Positions 1-10,831 of a DNA stretch of 64,000 bases are shown piece after piece. The notes beneath the pieces were generated by a model, which did no database searches, was not told the DNA's origin, and saw only the letters and a list, made by a program, of their open reading frames with translations. This stretch comes from an uncultured delta proteobacterium (GTDB lineage Bacteria; Desulfobacterota; Binatia; UBA9968): contig CAWDPO010000041.1 in NCBI GenBank assembly GCA_963804165.1, positions 1 to 64,000 of the forward strand, written 5' to 3'. Both the position numbers and the translations under genes were made by a program. The first letter of the stretch is position 1. Each line of letters opens with the position of its first letter.

Positions 1-761
1 CTCCGCCCTGGCCGATGAGACTGGTTCGTCTCAAGGTCGATCTTATCATCGCGGGTGGTCCAAACGATGGCCTGACCGCCAAGAAGGCTACCAAAGCGAT
101 TCCCATCATTTTTACGGATTCCAACACCGATCCGGTTGCGCGCGGCATGGTTGACAGCTTGGCGCGGCCCGGAGCGGGCAACATCACGAGATTTTACTCC
201 ATGGCCGATGTTTTAGCTGGCAAAAGACTGCAGGTACTTAAGGAGGCCATACCAAAACTCACCCGCGTCGCCGTGTTGTGGTACCCAAAGTTTGAGGGGC
301 AGTGAGCCACAGTGGACAGAAAGCCAACTTGTGGCACGGCAACTTGGGCTGCAACTCCACTCCATGGAGATCAACACGAAGACAACTTTGAGAGCGCTTT
401 CAAAGAGGCCGCCAAGAAGGGCAACATTGGTCTCACCGTAACACGGCATCGTCGATCCCAGAGGACCCGAGAATCAAGAACGGATCATCGCGCTAGCGGC
501 TAAGTACCAACTACCCACGATTCACTATCGCGAAGACTTTGTTCAGAACGGCGGCTTGATGTCCTACGGTGCGGACGAGGTTGAGCCCTTCAAGCGCGTG
601 GCGGTGATGGTCGACAAGATTCTCAAAGGCGCCAAACCCGCGGACATTCCGGTCGAGCAATCGAGCAAGTTTGAGTTCGTGATCAATTTGAAGACTCAAA
701 GCGGATTGGGCTAACGATTCCACCGAATGTGCTCGCGAGAGCGGATAAGGTGATTAAGTAA
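1..761 (+). CDS. ABC transporter substrate-binding protein (ABC_sub_bind type), 5'-partial, frameshifted
   Basis: Motifs LVRLKVDLII, DPVARGMVDSLARPG and GGLMSYG..DKILKGAKPADIPVEQ are spread over several frames; ends ADKVIK-TAA at 759-761. Confidence 0.8.
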
Positions 762-778
762 CCACGCAGCGATGCCAG

Positions 779-848
779 GATTGAACTGAATTCTCCATCA
801 ACTCAATCTTCTCAGCAACCAAACTGAAGCGTCGTTCAGTTCAATCTC
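779..848. repeat. ~70 bp palindromic intergenic repeat, copy 1
   Basis: GATTGAACTGAA...TTCAGTTCAATC arms; a similar sequence lies at 5018-5087. Confidence 0.7.
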
Positions 849-1234
849 AAGAAACACATTTCCAAAAAACGATGAAACCAAGTGGCGCCACCGGCAAGCG
901 TGAAAAACCCTCGTTAGCGCTAGCACGTATATTGGTAATACACTGACCAGTGTATTGTGGTTCTGTGAGAGGTGTCGTAATTGACAACTGATTGAAAGAA
1001 CGAGTAAATTCCTTTGGCCGGGATTTTAAATTATCCTATACACTGGTCAGTATACTCGGTAGTTGAACTTAAACCGCTGCGCGGTGGCGGATGCCGTAAG
1101 GCGGTTGTCTTTCTGGTTTCCCCTCCAGGTTCCCTCTTCATTTCGAACCTAGTTTTCATAGCTCGAACTCAGCGTCCATTTTTTATCTCGCGTGATAGCG
1201 TCGCTCCCAAATTTAAATCCAAGGAGGATTTGTT

Positions 1235-2079
1235 ATGGGAGCGTTACGCACAAGGATGATCGAGGAGATGAGGTTGAGAAACTTCTCGCCCCGCACCCAG
1301 CAGTCCTATCTGGCGGCCGTTGATCGGACTGGTCAAGCATTATCGACGCTCGCCGGACCAACTGACACAAGAGGAGATTCGCGCTTATCTTTTGCATCTG
1401 GAAAAGCGCGGTTTGTCGCCCAGTTCGCGCAACGTGGCGATCTCGGGGATGAAGTTCTTTTACCACCAGATGTTGAGCTGGAACGACAAGCAGTTGTTTA
1501 TTCCCGCCGAGAAGGCGCAGTTGGCAACTGCCCGAAGTGTTAGGCCAGAAGAAGGAAGTCGAGCGTTTGCTGTTGGCCTGGGAAAAACAGCGCGACCGTT
1601 GTCTGTTGACGACCGGCTTGAACTACGGGGGGGCCGGGTCAGTGAATTGGTTCGGCTCAAAGTCAGCGCCATCGACAGTGAACGGATGATGGTGCGGGTG
1701 GGAGCAGGGCAAGGGTAGAAAAGACCGCTACACGATCTTATCTGCCCGTTTGCTCACCGAGCTGCGCTCTTATTGGAAAGAGCATCGTTCGCCGATTTAC
1801 CTGTTCCCCAACCGAAAGGGTGGTCCGATATCAATCGACTACGCCCAGCGAATCTACAATCTTGCCAAGTTGAAGGCTGGTATCCAAAAAGGCCACGGTA
1901 TCCATACGCTCAGACACTGTTTTGCCACCCATCTATTGGAAGCCGGGGTGGATCTGAGGACCATTCAGACGCTATTGGGTCATAACTCGATGGCCAGCAC
2001 CGAGCGCTACTTGCAGATTCGCCAGCACAAGATCACTACCACGGCCAATCCTTTGGATCTGCTGAGACTGCCGAACTAA
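1235..2079 (+). CDS. Tyrosine recombinase (N-terminal SAM-like domain + catalytic domain), frameshifted
   Basis: [25 protein letters not shown] start; [19 protein letters not shown] and TERY motifs; colinear with the intact paralogue at 60005-60853. Confidence 0.9.
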
Positions 2080-2094
2080 GAAGGCGGTCTCACG

Positions 2095-3285
2095 GTGCTG
2101 TCTCGCGCTGATGGGCGGGCGGCAGGAGAAAAAAAGGCAAGCCCCGAACTGGCCGATGTCTTTCGTCAGTACGGGGAGCGATATCAACGAACGCATCGAT
2201 TATCGGCTTCCCAGCAGAAAGTGATGCGGGCCGTTTCGGTGTGCCGGACTCCAGAATTGGGCGGGCATCTGGATCGATGCGAGTCTTGCGGTTTTGAGCG
2301 CCCGGCTTATAACTCCTGTCGTAACCGCCACTGTCCCAAGTGCCAAGCCTTGGCTAAGGCTCGGTGGTTGGAGAAGCAAACCTCGGAGCTTTTGCCGGTG
2401 GGGTACTTTCATCTGGTCTTCACCTTACCGCATGAGCTTAACGGTCTGATTCTGACCCATAAAAAGTCTGGTGTTGGCTTTGCTGTTTAAAGCTGTCAGT
2501 AAAACTTTATTGGAGTTTGGCCAGACACGTCTTAAGGGTTCCATCGGTATCACTGCTGTGCTGCACACCTGGGATCAAACCCTTAAAGATCATTTTCATC
2601 TGCACTGTCTGGTACCCGCAGGCGCTCTGTCTTTCGATCACAGCCGCTGGATACCGGCGCGCGAAAACTTTCTGTTTCCGGTTAAGGCCTTAAGCCGGGT
2701 GTTTCGTGGAAAGTTTTTGACTCTGTTCTTGCAGCAGGCCGGTGAGAGAGGAAAACTCCCTGCGGCCGAAAAGGGGGAAACCAAAGCATTGCGCCAAAAC
2801 GAGCTGGATCGTCTACGCGAAAAAGCCTTTCGGCTCGCCACAAAACTGTCCTCGATTACCTCGGCCGCTACACTCATCGTGTGGCTCTGTCCAATGACCG
2901 CATCCTCAGAAGTCGAAAACGCAGAGGTCACCTTGAGCTACCAAAAGATCCAAAAGATGGGAATCAAAAAAAGACCCTCCCTCCTTGATGCCCAGGAATT
3001 TATCCGTCGCTTCCTGCTTCATGTCCTGCCCGAGGGCTTCATGCGCATCCGCCACTTCGGCTTCTTGGCCAACCGATCCAAGAAACAAGCCCTCGCTCAA
3101 TGCCGCAAACTCTTGAAACTTGCTCCCGCTGTGCCTCAAAGCCCCATTCTCTCAGCTAAAAAACTTGCTGCTAAAAATCACCGGCATCGATCTTTCTCGC
3201 TGCCCGTCTTGTCTTGAGGGAACGATGATTGCCGTCGGCGACCTGCCGGCTTCGTTGAGTTTAGCTCGTTGGGGATTCTTCATGA
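2095..3285 (+). CDS. IS91-family (Y2/HUH) transposase, frameshifted
   Basis: Zn-binding CESCG..NSCRNRHCPKCQ, HUH motif DHFHLHC, EFIRRFLLHVLPEGFMRIRHFG. Confidence 0.9.
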
Positions 3286-3533
3286 AAAAGATTCCTTTGT
3301 ATCTCAGCTCGTGTGAATTCCCATCCACCGCCATCGCGCGGGTGTGTCTGGCAGTAGCCAAAACTAACTTTGAAGTCGCATGGCAGTGTCGCAATCGGCG
3401 CAACGCCACCGGCGCCGATCTCAATCCCGCAGTCCTCGGGCCTTTCTTTCGTTAACAGTGCGTCAAGCCCCGCGGCACTGCATCCTGGTTACAATCCCCA
3501 TAGCCGAAGTCTCCACGGCTGCTCCGCGGTTTA

Positions 3534-3628
3534 GTCCAACCTCGTTTTATCCCTTTGGCGTTACTCCGCGCTCTCCACCGAAACTTGACTGCCTCTAACC
3601 TCCAGGGATAAAACGCTATACGTTAGCT
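3534..3628 (+). other. attC-like terminal site of element copy 1
   Basis: GTCCAAC-ct-CGTTTTATCCCT...AGGGATAAAACG-ctatac-GTTAGCT. Confidence 0.65.
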
Positions 3629-3678
3629 GAACAAGGGGGACGAAGCAACCATCCTTATTGCTCTGAAAGGAGAAGCCA

Positions 3679-4848
3679 ATGGCCAATGGCAGAGCATCGA
3701 CCATGATATTGGAAGCCGCTCGCGCGCTCCGGCCGCGGATCCAGGCGGAGCGCGAGCACCTTGAGGCTGGCCGGAGGTTGCCCGAGGAACTCACCCAGGA
3801 ACTGGCCCGTGCGGGGTTCTTCCGCATCTTCTTACCTGCGGCCTATGGCGGCCTCGATCTCACTCCTATGGAGGCGATGGAGGTGTATGAAGAGCTAGCG
3901 CGAGCGGACGCCTCTGTGGCCTGGTGCGTGTGGAACGGGAACGTCCACTGGACCACTGCTCGGCTGTCGAAAGAGGTTGCACAAGAGATCTTTGCGGACC
4001 CGAACATGATCCTCGCCAACAGCACCCGCCCGACGGGACGGGCCACGGTCGTCGATGGTGGCTACCGGGTGAACGGGCGCTGGTCGCTGGTGAGCGGCTG
4101 CCAGATCAGCGCTTGGTTCATCCTCATGTGCATCATTCACGAGGACGGTAAGCCGCGACTTACGCCGTCGGGGGCGCAGGAATTGCGGTTTATGCTCTGC
4201 CCGGCCGCCGATTGCACCATCATCGATACGTGGACGGTCAGCGGACTGCGCGGCACTGGGAGTCACGATGTCGTGGTGGAGGATCGCTTCGTACCGGCCC
4301 GCTATGCGTCGTTCCACACCGACCCAATCGTGTTGACCGAGCCGCGGTACCAGATCCCTCCTCATTCGCGCGCCGGCCCCGGCCTCGGTGTGATCGCGCT
4401 CGGCATTGCGCGGAGTGCGATCGAAACACTACTCGACCTGGCGGCCGAAAAGCGTCATGAACGGACTCGCCAGTCTCTGGGGGAAGATCGGGGCGCGCAA
4501 ACTCGGCTGTCGCAGGCGGAGGCTCTGGTGCGTTCGGCACGGCTCTTTCTCTTCGACGCGGCCAATCGACTGTGGGATGACGTGCTCTCGGGACGAGAAG
4601 CGATAGTCCAGAGTCGGGCACAATTGCGGTTGGCGAGCTGGCATGCGGTAACGAGCGCCGTCCAGGCAGTCGACCTCATTTATCTCACAGGTGGTGCGAC
4701 CTCGCTCTACGCAACCTGCTCGATTGAGCGCGCTTTTCGGGACGTGCATGCCGTCACCCAGCATATAGGCGTCCAGCCCCGCGTCCTGGAGACCGTCGGC
4801 CGGGTGTTGTTCGGACTGGAGCCGGACATCCCGACATTTATGCTGTAA
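3679..4848 (+). CDS. Acyl-CoA dehydrogenase-fold flavin-dependent hydroxylase (cassette gene)
   Basis: RRLPEEL..LARAGFFR, GGYRVNGRWSLVSG, DTWTVSGLRGTGSHD, IERAFRDVHA. Confidence 0.85.
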   Translation: MANGRASTMILEAARALRPRIQAEREHLEAGRRLPEELTQELARAGFFRIFLPAAYGGLDLTPMEAMEVYEELARADASVAWCVWNGNVHWTTARLSKEVAQEIFADPNMILANSTRPTGRATVVDGGYRVNGRWSLVSGCQISAWFILMCIIHEDGKPRLTPSGAQELRFMLCPAADCTIIDTWTVSGLRGTGSHDVVVEDRFVPARYASFHTDPIVLTEPRYQIPPHSRAGPGLGVIALGIARSAIETLLDLAAEKRHERTRQSLGEDRGAQTRLSQAEALVRSARLFLFDAANRLWDDVLSGREAIVQSRAQLRLASWHAVTSAVQAVDLIYLTGGATSLYATCSIERAFRDVHAVTQHIGVQPRVLETVGRVLFGLEPDIPTFML

Positions 4849-4913
4849 TGTCCGGCATGCGCTGTCGCACGATTTGGTTATGCTCCTCTTTGCTCCGCAC
4901 GGACGAGAAGACC

Positions 4914-5013
4914 AGCTAACCAACGCCGTGCACGAGCCCGGCGCCCGCTGGCGGTTCCCGCTGAACGTGAAGGTTACGGTTTGGGTGGCGGCCCGTGACG
5001 GCGAACGTTAGCG
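4914..5013 (+). other. Integron attC site
   Basis: AGCTAAC caa CGCCGT[G]CACG...CGTGACGGCG aac GTTAGCG, with an extrahelical base; CAGCTAAC complements GTTAGCTG at 3622. Confidence 0.8.
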
Positions 5014-5017
5014 CTGT

Positions 5018-5087
5018 GATTGAACTGAATTCTCCATCTAATCAATCTCGCGCTAGATCAAACTGAAGCATCGTTCAGCTCAATCTC
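5018..5087. repeat. ~70 bp palindromic intergenic repeat, copy 2
   Basis: GATTGAACTGAATTCTCCATC...AAACTGAAGC.TCGTTCAG.TCAATCTC, as at 779-848. Confidence 0.7.
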
Positions 5088-5194
5088 AGGGCTAAACTTG
5101 GTCTCCCACTCGATGAACGTCTGTTCGTCATAAATCTCACTTTTCTCTACTACCGCTCATGCCGCCGTGATACATACCGAATGGTGTGTGTGCA

Positions 5195-5831
5195 ATGAAG
5201 AAAGCTCGTGTCTTATCAATCCTGCTATGCGCCATGCTCTTTGCGCTTTGCGGTTCAGTCGAAGCGCAGCAGGCAGGAAAAATCTTTCGCATAGGTTACC
5301 TGGAGAGTGGCACCGCTTCCGGTAGCGCGGTCCTCTTGGAGGCGTTCCGCCACGAGCTGAGTAAGCTCGGCTGGATCGAGGAAAAAAATATAGCTTTCGA
5401 GTACCGGTTTGCGGAGCAAAAGTCTGAGCGCCTACCTGAGCTTGCGGCGGACTTGGTTCGTCTTAAGGTTGATCTGATCGTGGTATCAGGGACGCCATCT
5501 TCGTTAGCGGCGAAGAAAGCGACTACTACCATTCCCATCGTGATGGCGAGTGGCGGAGACCCCGTAGGAGCAGGTCTGGTTGCTAGTCTGGCGCGGCCGG
5601 GAGGCAATGTCACGGGTTTGTCAAGTTTAGGTGAGCTAAATACCAAAAGGCTAGAAATACTGAAGGACGCAGTTCCCAAGCTCGGCCGAGTTGGACTTCT
5701 GCGGCTGTCGGGAGGGGGTATAGCAGACGAGCTCCAATTGAAAGATCTGAGGCCTGCGACTCTGGCACTGAAGCTAAAATTGGAAGAGATCGAAACTCAA
5801 CCCGACGCCAAAGGTTTAGAGAGCGCCTTTC
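5195..5831 (+). pseudogene. ABC substrate-binding protein, 3'-truncated
   Basis: Signal peptide, AQQAGKIFRIGYL and LAADLVRLKVDLIV; homology stops after GLESAF, where it meets the antisense integrase fragment. Confidence 0.8.
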
Positions 5832-6035
5832 ACGTTTTTCGCGAGCCGCTTTTAAGCTCACGTCAGGATAGACACCAAACGAAAGACGGTTTTCCTTGCC
5901 GCCAAAACGATATTTCCAACGCCACCACTTCCCACCGGCAGGATTAACTTCCAGATAAAGTCCTCCGCCGTCGAACAACTTGAAGGGTTTAGTGCGGGGC
6001 TTCGCAGAGCGAATAGCGGTATCTGTTAGCGGCAT
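5832..6035 (-). pseudogene. P4-type integrase, arm-binding N-terminus only
   Basis: MPLTDTAIRSAKPRTKPFKLFDGGGLYLEVNPAGGKWWRWKYRFGGKENRLSFGVYPDVSLKAAREKR; catalytic domain absent; lies just downstream of tRNA-Glu. Confidence 0.85.
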
Positions 6036-6201
6036 GTGGGGGGCAACTCACTTTCTACGCTCCTCTGTTGCCCCCATAGCTGCCCCGCATATTGGGCCGC
6101 TTTAGATGGACGACAGCGGAACATGCCGGACACTATATACTATAAGATTAATAACTTACAGTGGGTGAATGGACTTTATCGGATGGTTCGGGACTTCATT
6201 G

Positions 6202-6276
6202 TGGTGGTCCCAACGGGAATCGAACCCGTGTTCCCGACGTGAGAGGCCGGTGTCCTAACCGCTAGACGATGGGACC
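6202..6276 (-). tRNA. tRNA-Glu (CTC)
   Basis: GGTCCCATCGTCTAGCGGTTAGGACACCGGCCT-CTC-ACGTCGG...GGTTCGATTCCCGTTGGGACCACCA. Confidence 0.95.
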
Positions 6277-6277
6277 T

Positions 6278-6353
6278 TGGCTGAGGAGGAAGGACTCGAA
6301 CCTTCAATCGCCTGATCCAGAGTCAGGTGGCTTACCAATTAGCCGACTCCTCA
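6278..6353 (-). tRNA. tRNA-Gln (CTG)
   Basis: TGAGGAGTCGGCTAATTGGTAAGCCACCTGACT-CTG-GATCAGG...GGTTCGAGTCCTTCCTCCTCAGCCA. Confidence 0.95.
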
Positions 6354-6380
6354 AAGTCGCGAGTGATAAAATTAAAAGAA

Positions 6381-7817
6381 TTAGCTGGGCGAGTCAAGTT
6401 GCTGGATGTATTCCAATGCCTTTCTGCAGCCGGTCGAATCGTGCGCTCTTTGCCGAGTACGGCGATGACATCGTGAATTCCGGGACTCACGGTGGCGCCG
6501 GTTAAAGCGACGCGCACCGGTTGAGCGAGTTTGCCCATCTGTATGCCGTTTTCTTAGAGCGTGGCGTGAAAGCTTGTTCGATAGCCGCCTCGATGAAATC
6601 CTCGAGCGCGGCGAGTTTCTCGATCAAGCTCTCAATCGGCGCGGCGGCGTCTCTTGGTCAAAAACTTCTTCGCCGCCTTTTCGTCGAGAAGCGATTTCAT
6701 CGGACAGATAATAATGCGCCGCATCGACCAATTCGGTTAGCGTTTTTGCGCGTTCTTGCAGCGTCGCGAGCATTTTTTCCAGCCATTTCTTGTCCTGCGG
6801 CACGGGATAACCTTTGGCTTCTGAATATAGGGCACGATCTCATCGGCCAATTGGGCGAGCGGCCGGGATTTTAAATAATGAAAATTGACCCACAAGAAAC
6901 TTTTCCGGATTGAAAACTCCGGCGGATTTGCCGACGTTTTCAAGGGTAAATTTCTCGATCAATTCTTCGCGCGAGAAGATCTCCTGGTCGCCGTAGGACC
7001 AGGCTAGACGAACCAAATAGTTCACCACCGCTTCGGGAAAATATCCCATGTCGCGGTAAGCGGTGACGGAGGTCGCGCCATGGCGTTTGCTCAGCCGCGC
7101 TTTGTCGGTGCCGAGGATGAGCGGCACATGGGCAAACTGCGGCAGCTCATGCCCAAGCGCTTGGTAAAGCTGGATCTGCCGCGGCGTGTTGCTTAAATGG
7201 TCGTCGCCACGAATGATATGAGTAATCTCCATGTCGATATCGTCGACGACGACGCAAAAATTATACGTCGGCGTGCCGTCCGAGCGGGCGATGATGAGAT
7301 CGTCCAATTCGCGATTGTCGAAAACGACATCGCCCTTGATCAAGTCGCGGACTACGGTCGAGCCCTCGGCCGGTGAGCGGAACCGAACGACATAGGATTT
7401 GTCAGCCGGCAGCGACGGGATCACGCCTTCGGGCGGACGACACGTGCCGTCGTAGGCGGGTTTGCGTTTCTCTTTCTGTGCCAACTGTCGCTTGGCATCC
7501 AATTCCGCTGGTGTGCAGGTACAGGGATAGGCTTTGCCCTTTGCTAATAGCTCATGGATCTTGTCTTTATAGAGCGGATAGCGTTCGGTTTGATAGAACG
7601 GACCTTCATCATAATCGAGCTCGAGCCATTTCATGGCGTCCAAAATGGCTTGAATCGCCTCCGGCGTGGATCTCTCGCGATCCGTATCTTCGATGCGCAG
7701 TATAAGTTTGCCGCCGTAATGGCGAGCGAAGAGGTAATTAAACAGTGCCGTGCGCGCGCCGCCGATATGCAGATAGCCGGTCGGGCTTGGCGCGAAACGA
7801 GTGCGGACTTGGGCCAT
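6381..7817 (-). CDS. gltX: Glutamate--tRNA ligase, C-terminal frameshifts
   Basis: [37 protein letters not shown]; [13 protein letters not shown] in another frame. Confidence 0.95.
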
Positions 7818-7915
7818 GCCGTAAGCTAACAGGCAGGCAAAAAGGCGTCAACGGCGCGTTAAAAATCTGTTTTGATTATGGTATTATCCAGTCATTCACT
7901 GAGGAGAATGGGCCG

Positions 7916-9653
7916 TTGGAAACAAAAACAAATGAAGGGGGCAGAGGAGCGACGGCGGGTGCGGCTGATACCGCGCCGTCTCATTTTATTCGAAATATCG
8001 TTGCGGAAGATCTCAAGCACGGCAAAAATCAAGGAAGGGTACACACTCGATTTCCGCCGGAACCGAACGGCTATCTTCATATTGGCCATGCCAAATCGAT
8101 TTGTCTCAACTTTGGATTGGCCGCCGAGTTCGGCGGACTATGCAATCTTCGTTTTGACGATACCAACCCGAGCAAGGAAGACGTCGAATACGTCGATTCG
8201 ATCAAAGAAGACGTTCGCTGGCTCGGTTTTGATTGGGACGATCGGGAATTTTACGCATCAGATTACTTCGAGCAGCTCTACCAATTTGCGATTCAACTTA
8301 TAAAAGCCGGTAAAGCTTTCGTTTGCGATTTGACCGCGGATCAGATGCGCGAATATCGGGGAACGCTGACAGAACCCGGCAAGAACAGCCCCTATCGCGA
8401 TCGCTCAGTGGAAGAAAACCTCGATCTGTTTCAGCGCATGCGCGCGGGCGAATTTGCCGACGGGAGCCGGACGTTACGCGCGAAAATCGACATGGCGTCA
8501 CCGAACATCAATATGCGCGACCCGGTCATGTACCGAGTCTTGCGCGCGACGCATCATCGCACCGGCGACAAATGGTGCATTTATCCGACGTATGATTTCG
8601 CCCATGGTCAGTCGGATTCGATAGAGGGGATCACTCATTCGATCTGCACGTTGGAGTTCGAAGATCACCGTCCGCTCTACGACTGGTTTCTCGATCAGCT
8701 CGGTATTCATCACCCACAACAAATCGAGTTCGCCCGCTTGAACTTTACCCACACGGTCTTGAGCAAGCGCAAACTGCTTCAACTGGTTCAGCAGGGACAT
8801 GTCACGGGTTGGGATGATCCGCGGATGCCAACGTTGGCTGGTTTCCGTCGCCGCGGCTACACCCCGGAAGCGATTCGCAATTTCTGCGAGCGCATCGGTG
8901 TGGCGAAAAGAAATAGTGTCGTGGATATCGCCATGCTCGAGCACTCTCTGCGTGAAGATCTCAACAAGCGGGCGCCGCGAGTCATGGCGGTGCTGCGGCC
9001 GATCAAAGTCGTGCTGGAAAATTATCCCGAGGGGCAGGTTGAGGAATTAGAAGCGGTTAACAATCCCGAAGATCCGAGCAAGGGGACGCGTAAAGTTCCC
9101 TTCTCGCGCGAGCTTTACATCGAGCACGATGATTTCCGTGAAGAGCCGCCAAAAGGTTTTTTCCGCTTGTCTCCCGGCAAGGAAGTTCGCCTGCGCTACG
9201 CGTACATCATCAAATGTATGGAGGTCGTGAAGGACCCGGAAACTGGTGAGATGACAGAATTGCGCTGCACTTATGACCCAGAGACCAAAAGTGGCTCATC
9301 GCAGAGCAAACGCAAAGTTAAATCGACGATTCATTGGGTCTCTGCCGCGACACGCGGTCTACCGGCCGAAGTAAGACTCTACGATCATTTATTTAGAAGA
9401 GAGGACCCGGACGACTTCCCGAAGGAAGCGATTGGTTGGCTAATATCAATTCGAAATCATTGGAAAGTTTGACATCATGTCGGGTCGAGCCTTATCTCGC
9501 GAACGCTAAACCCGGCGAACGATTTCAGTTTGAGCGGCTCGGCTATTTTTGCGTCGATGGCAAGGATTCGTCAGGTGCGAGCCAATCTTCAACCGTTCCG
9601 TTACTTTGCGGGATACGTGGGCGAAAATGGAGAAGGAGCGGAAAAAGAGCTGA
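7916..9653 (+). CDS. glnS: Glutamine--tRNA ligase, C-terminal frameshifts
   Basis: [57 protein letters not shown]. Confidence 0.95.
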
Positions 9654-10780
9654 TATTGTAACTTGCATGCTCAGCCTTGCGCGTACTCAATAATTCTACT
9701 AAACGACTAAATTCGATTTTTGAGTTTCGCGAGCTACCTCCCAAACATTCGTTCTCAAAAAGCGGTTTTGCGTCGATGTAAGACTCGACAATTCTTAAAC
9801 GATGCATCAGCTTGATTATTTGAAAGGCAATATCGAACTGGCCGGGCAAGAAACCGTTATTGGCGGAAAATGGATACTTGTGATGATTGTCGTGCCACTC
9901 AGAAGCGATATAGCCATAAAAATGTTGATTTAACGCTCTGCTCTTGGTGTCGTGTTCCCAACGCAATTTTTTAACTTTGCGAAAATTTCCACCATGACCG
10001 CGCCAATTGAAATCGCGGATTAATGCGGTCGCAAGGAAAATCGACGAATACCATGCAAAAACGTAAGCCTCACCTGCAACCAAAACAATGATACTTGACC
10101 AAAATACTTGCGCAAAAAGCGTCTTGCCCAAGTAATAAGCGACATCTTCGACAGAGCCCGTTCTTTGGTAGCTTGCGTAACTATTGACCTTAAGACCAAT
10201 GTGGTTAACGCTTCGACATATTAATTCATACTGACGCTGGGTCATATTCGGATTCAGTTTCATTGAGGATTCGATGGCGAAGTAACTACCCAACCATCCA
10301 AGATGTGGCCCGTAAGGATCTCCTGGTTTTTCCGCGCATTGGTGATGCACACGATGGGGAATAGCGTAAGTAGATTCTCTGAAGAATAGTGGGCTCGTCC
10401 ATGATAGAATCAATGCGTATTGGCGTCGGCTGAATTTGAAAGCGGCGTGAGAGCAGTAGCGATGAAACCAAATGGTATTGTAAACTGTCCCAATAAATAC
10501 CAAAGCGGCGAGTACAAAAATCAAACTACCTGGTGATAAGTATTTGAAGACGTAATTTGCGAAGATGATCTCCAGTCCCTATGTGGAATATAAGATTTAA
10601 TGCGATAAGCCCCCGATTCATGTCTATTGTAAAATTGATTGAATCAATAAATTCACTGAAGATCTCCTTGAAGGTGGGTCGATGTGGAATTGCTCCGTCG
10701 CGACTGTAGCCAAAAACCGGTTTGGCCATCATGGAAGTGACGGGCGTATCTAACGACAGTCGTACCGTAGCAGCTACCAA
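9601..10780 (-). CDS. Membrane fatty-acid desaturase-like di-iron protein, frameshifted; ends approximate
   Basis: His boxes HRYCSH, HRVHH and WHDNHH plus hydrophobic segments. Confidence 0.8.
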
Positions 10781-10831
10781 CTGCCTATCCCTCGATTCTA
10801 AATCAGAAAGTGTATCGTGCGTGTAAACCGA

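Larger units (their letters stand above)
1062..3622 (+). mobile_element. Tyrosine recombinase + IS91-type transposase element, copy 1
   Basis: Two-gene core; GTTGAACT(T)AAACCGC at 1062-1077 is an inverted repeat of GCGGTTTAGTCCAAC at 3526-3540; ends shared with the copy at 58485-61013. Confidence 0.85.

Noticed and set aside
6381-9653. Frameshifts in gltX and glnS (and in many other genes) as pseudogenisation or programmed frameshifting
   Set aside because: They hit essential genes and are scattered across the whole window, which fits long-read indel error better.
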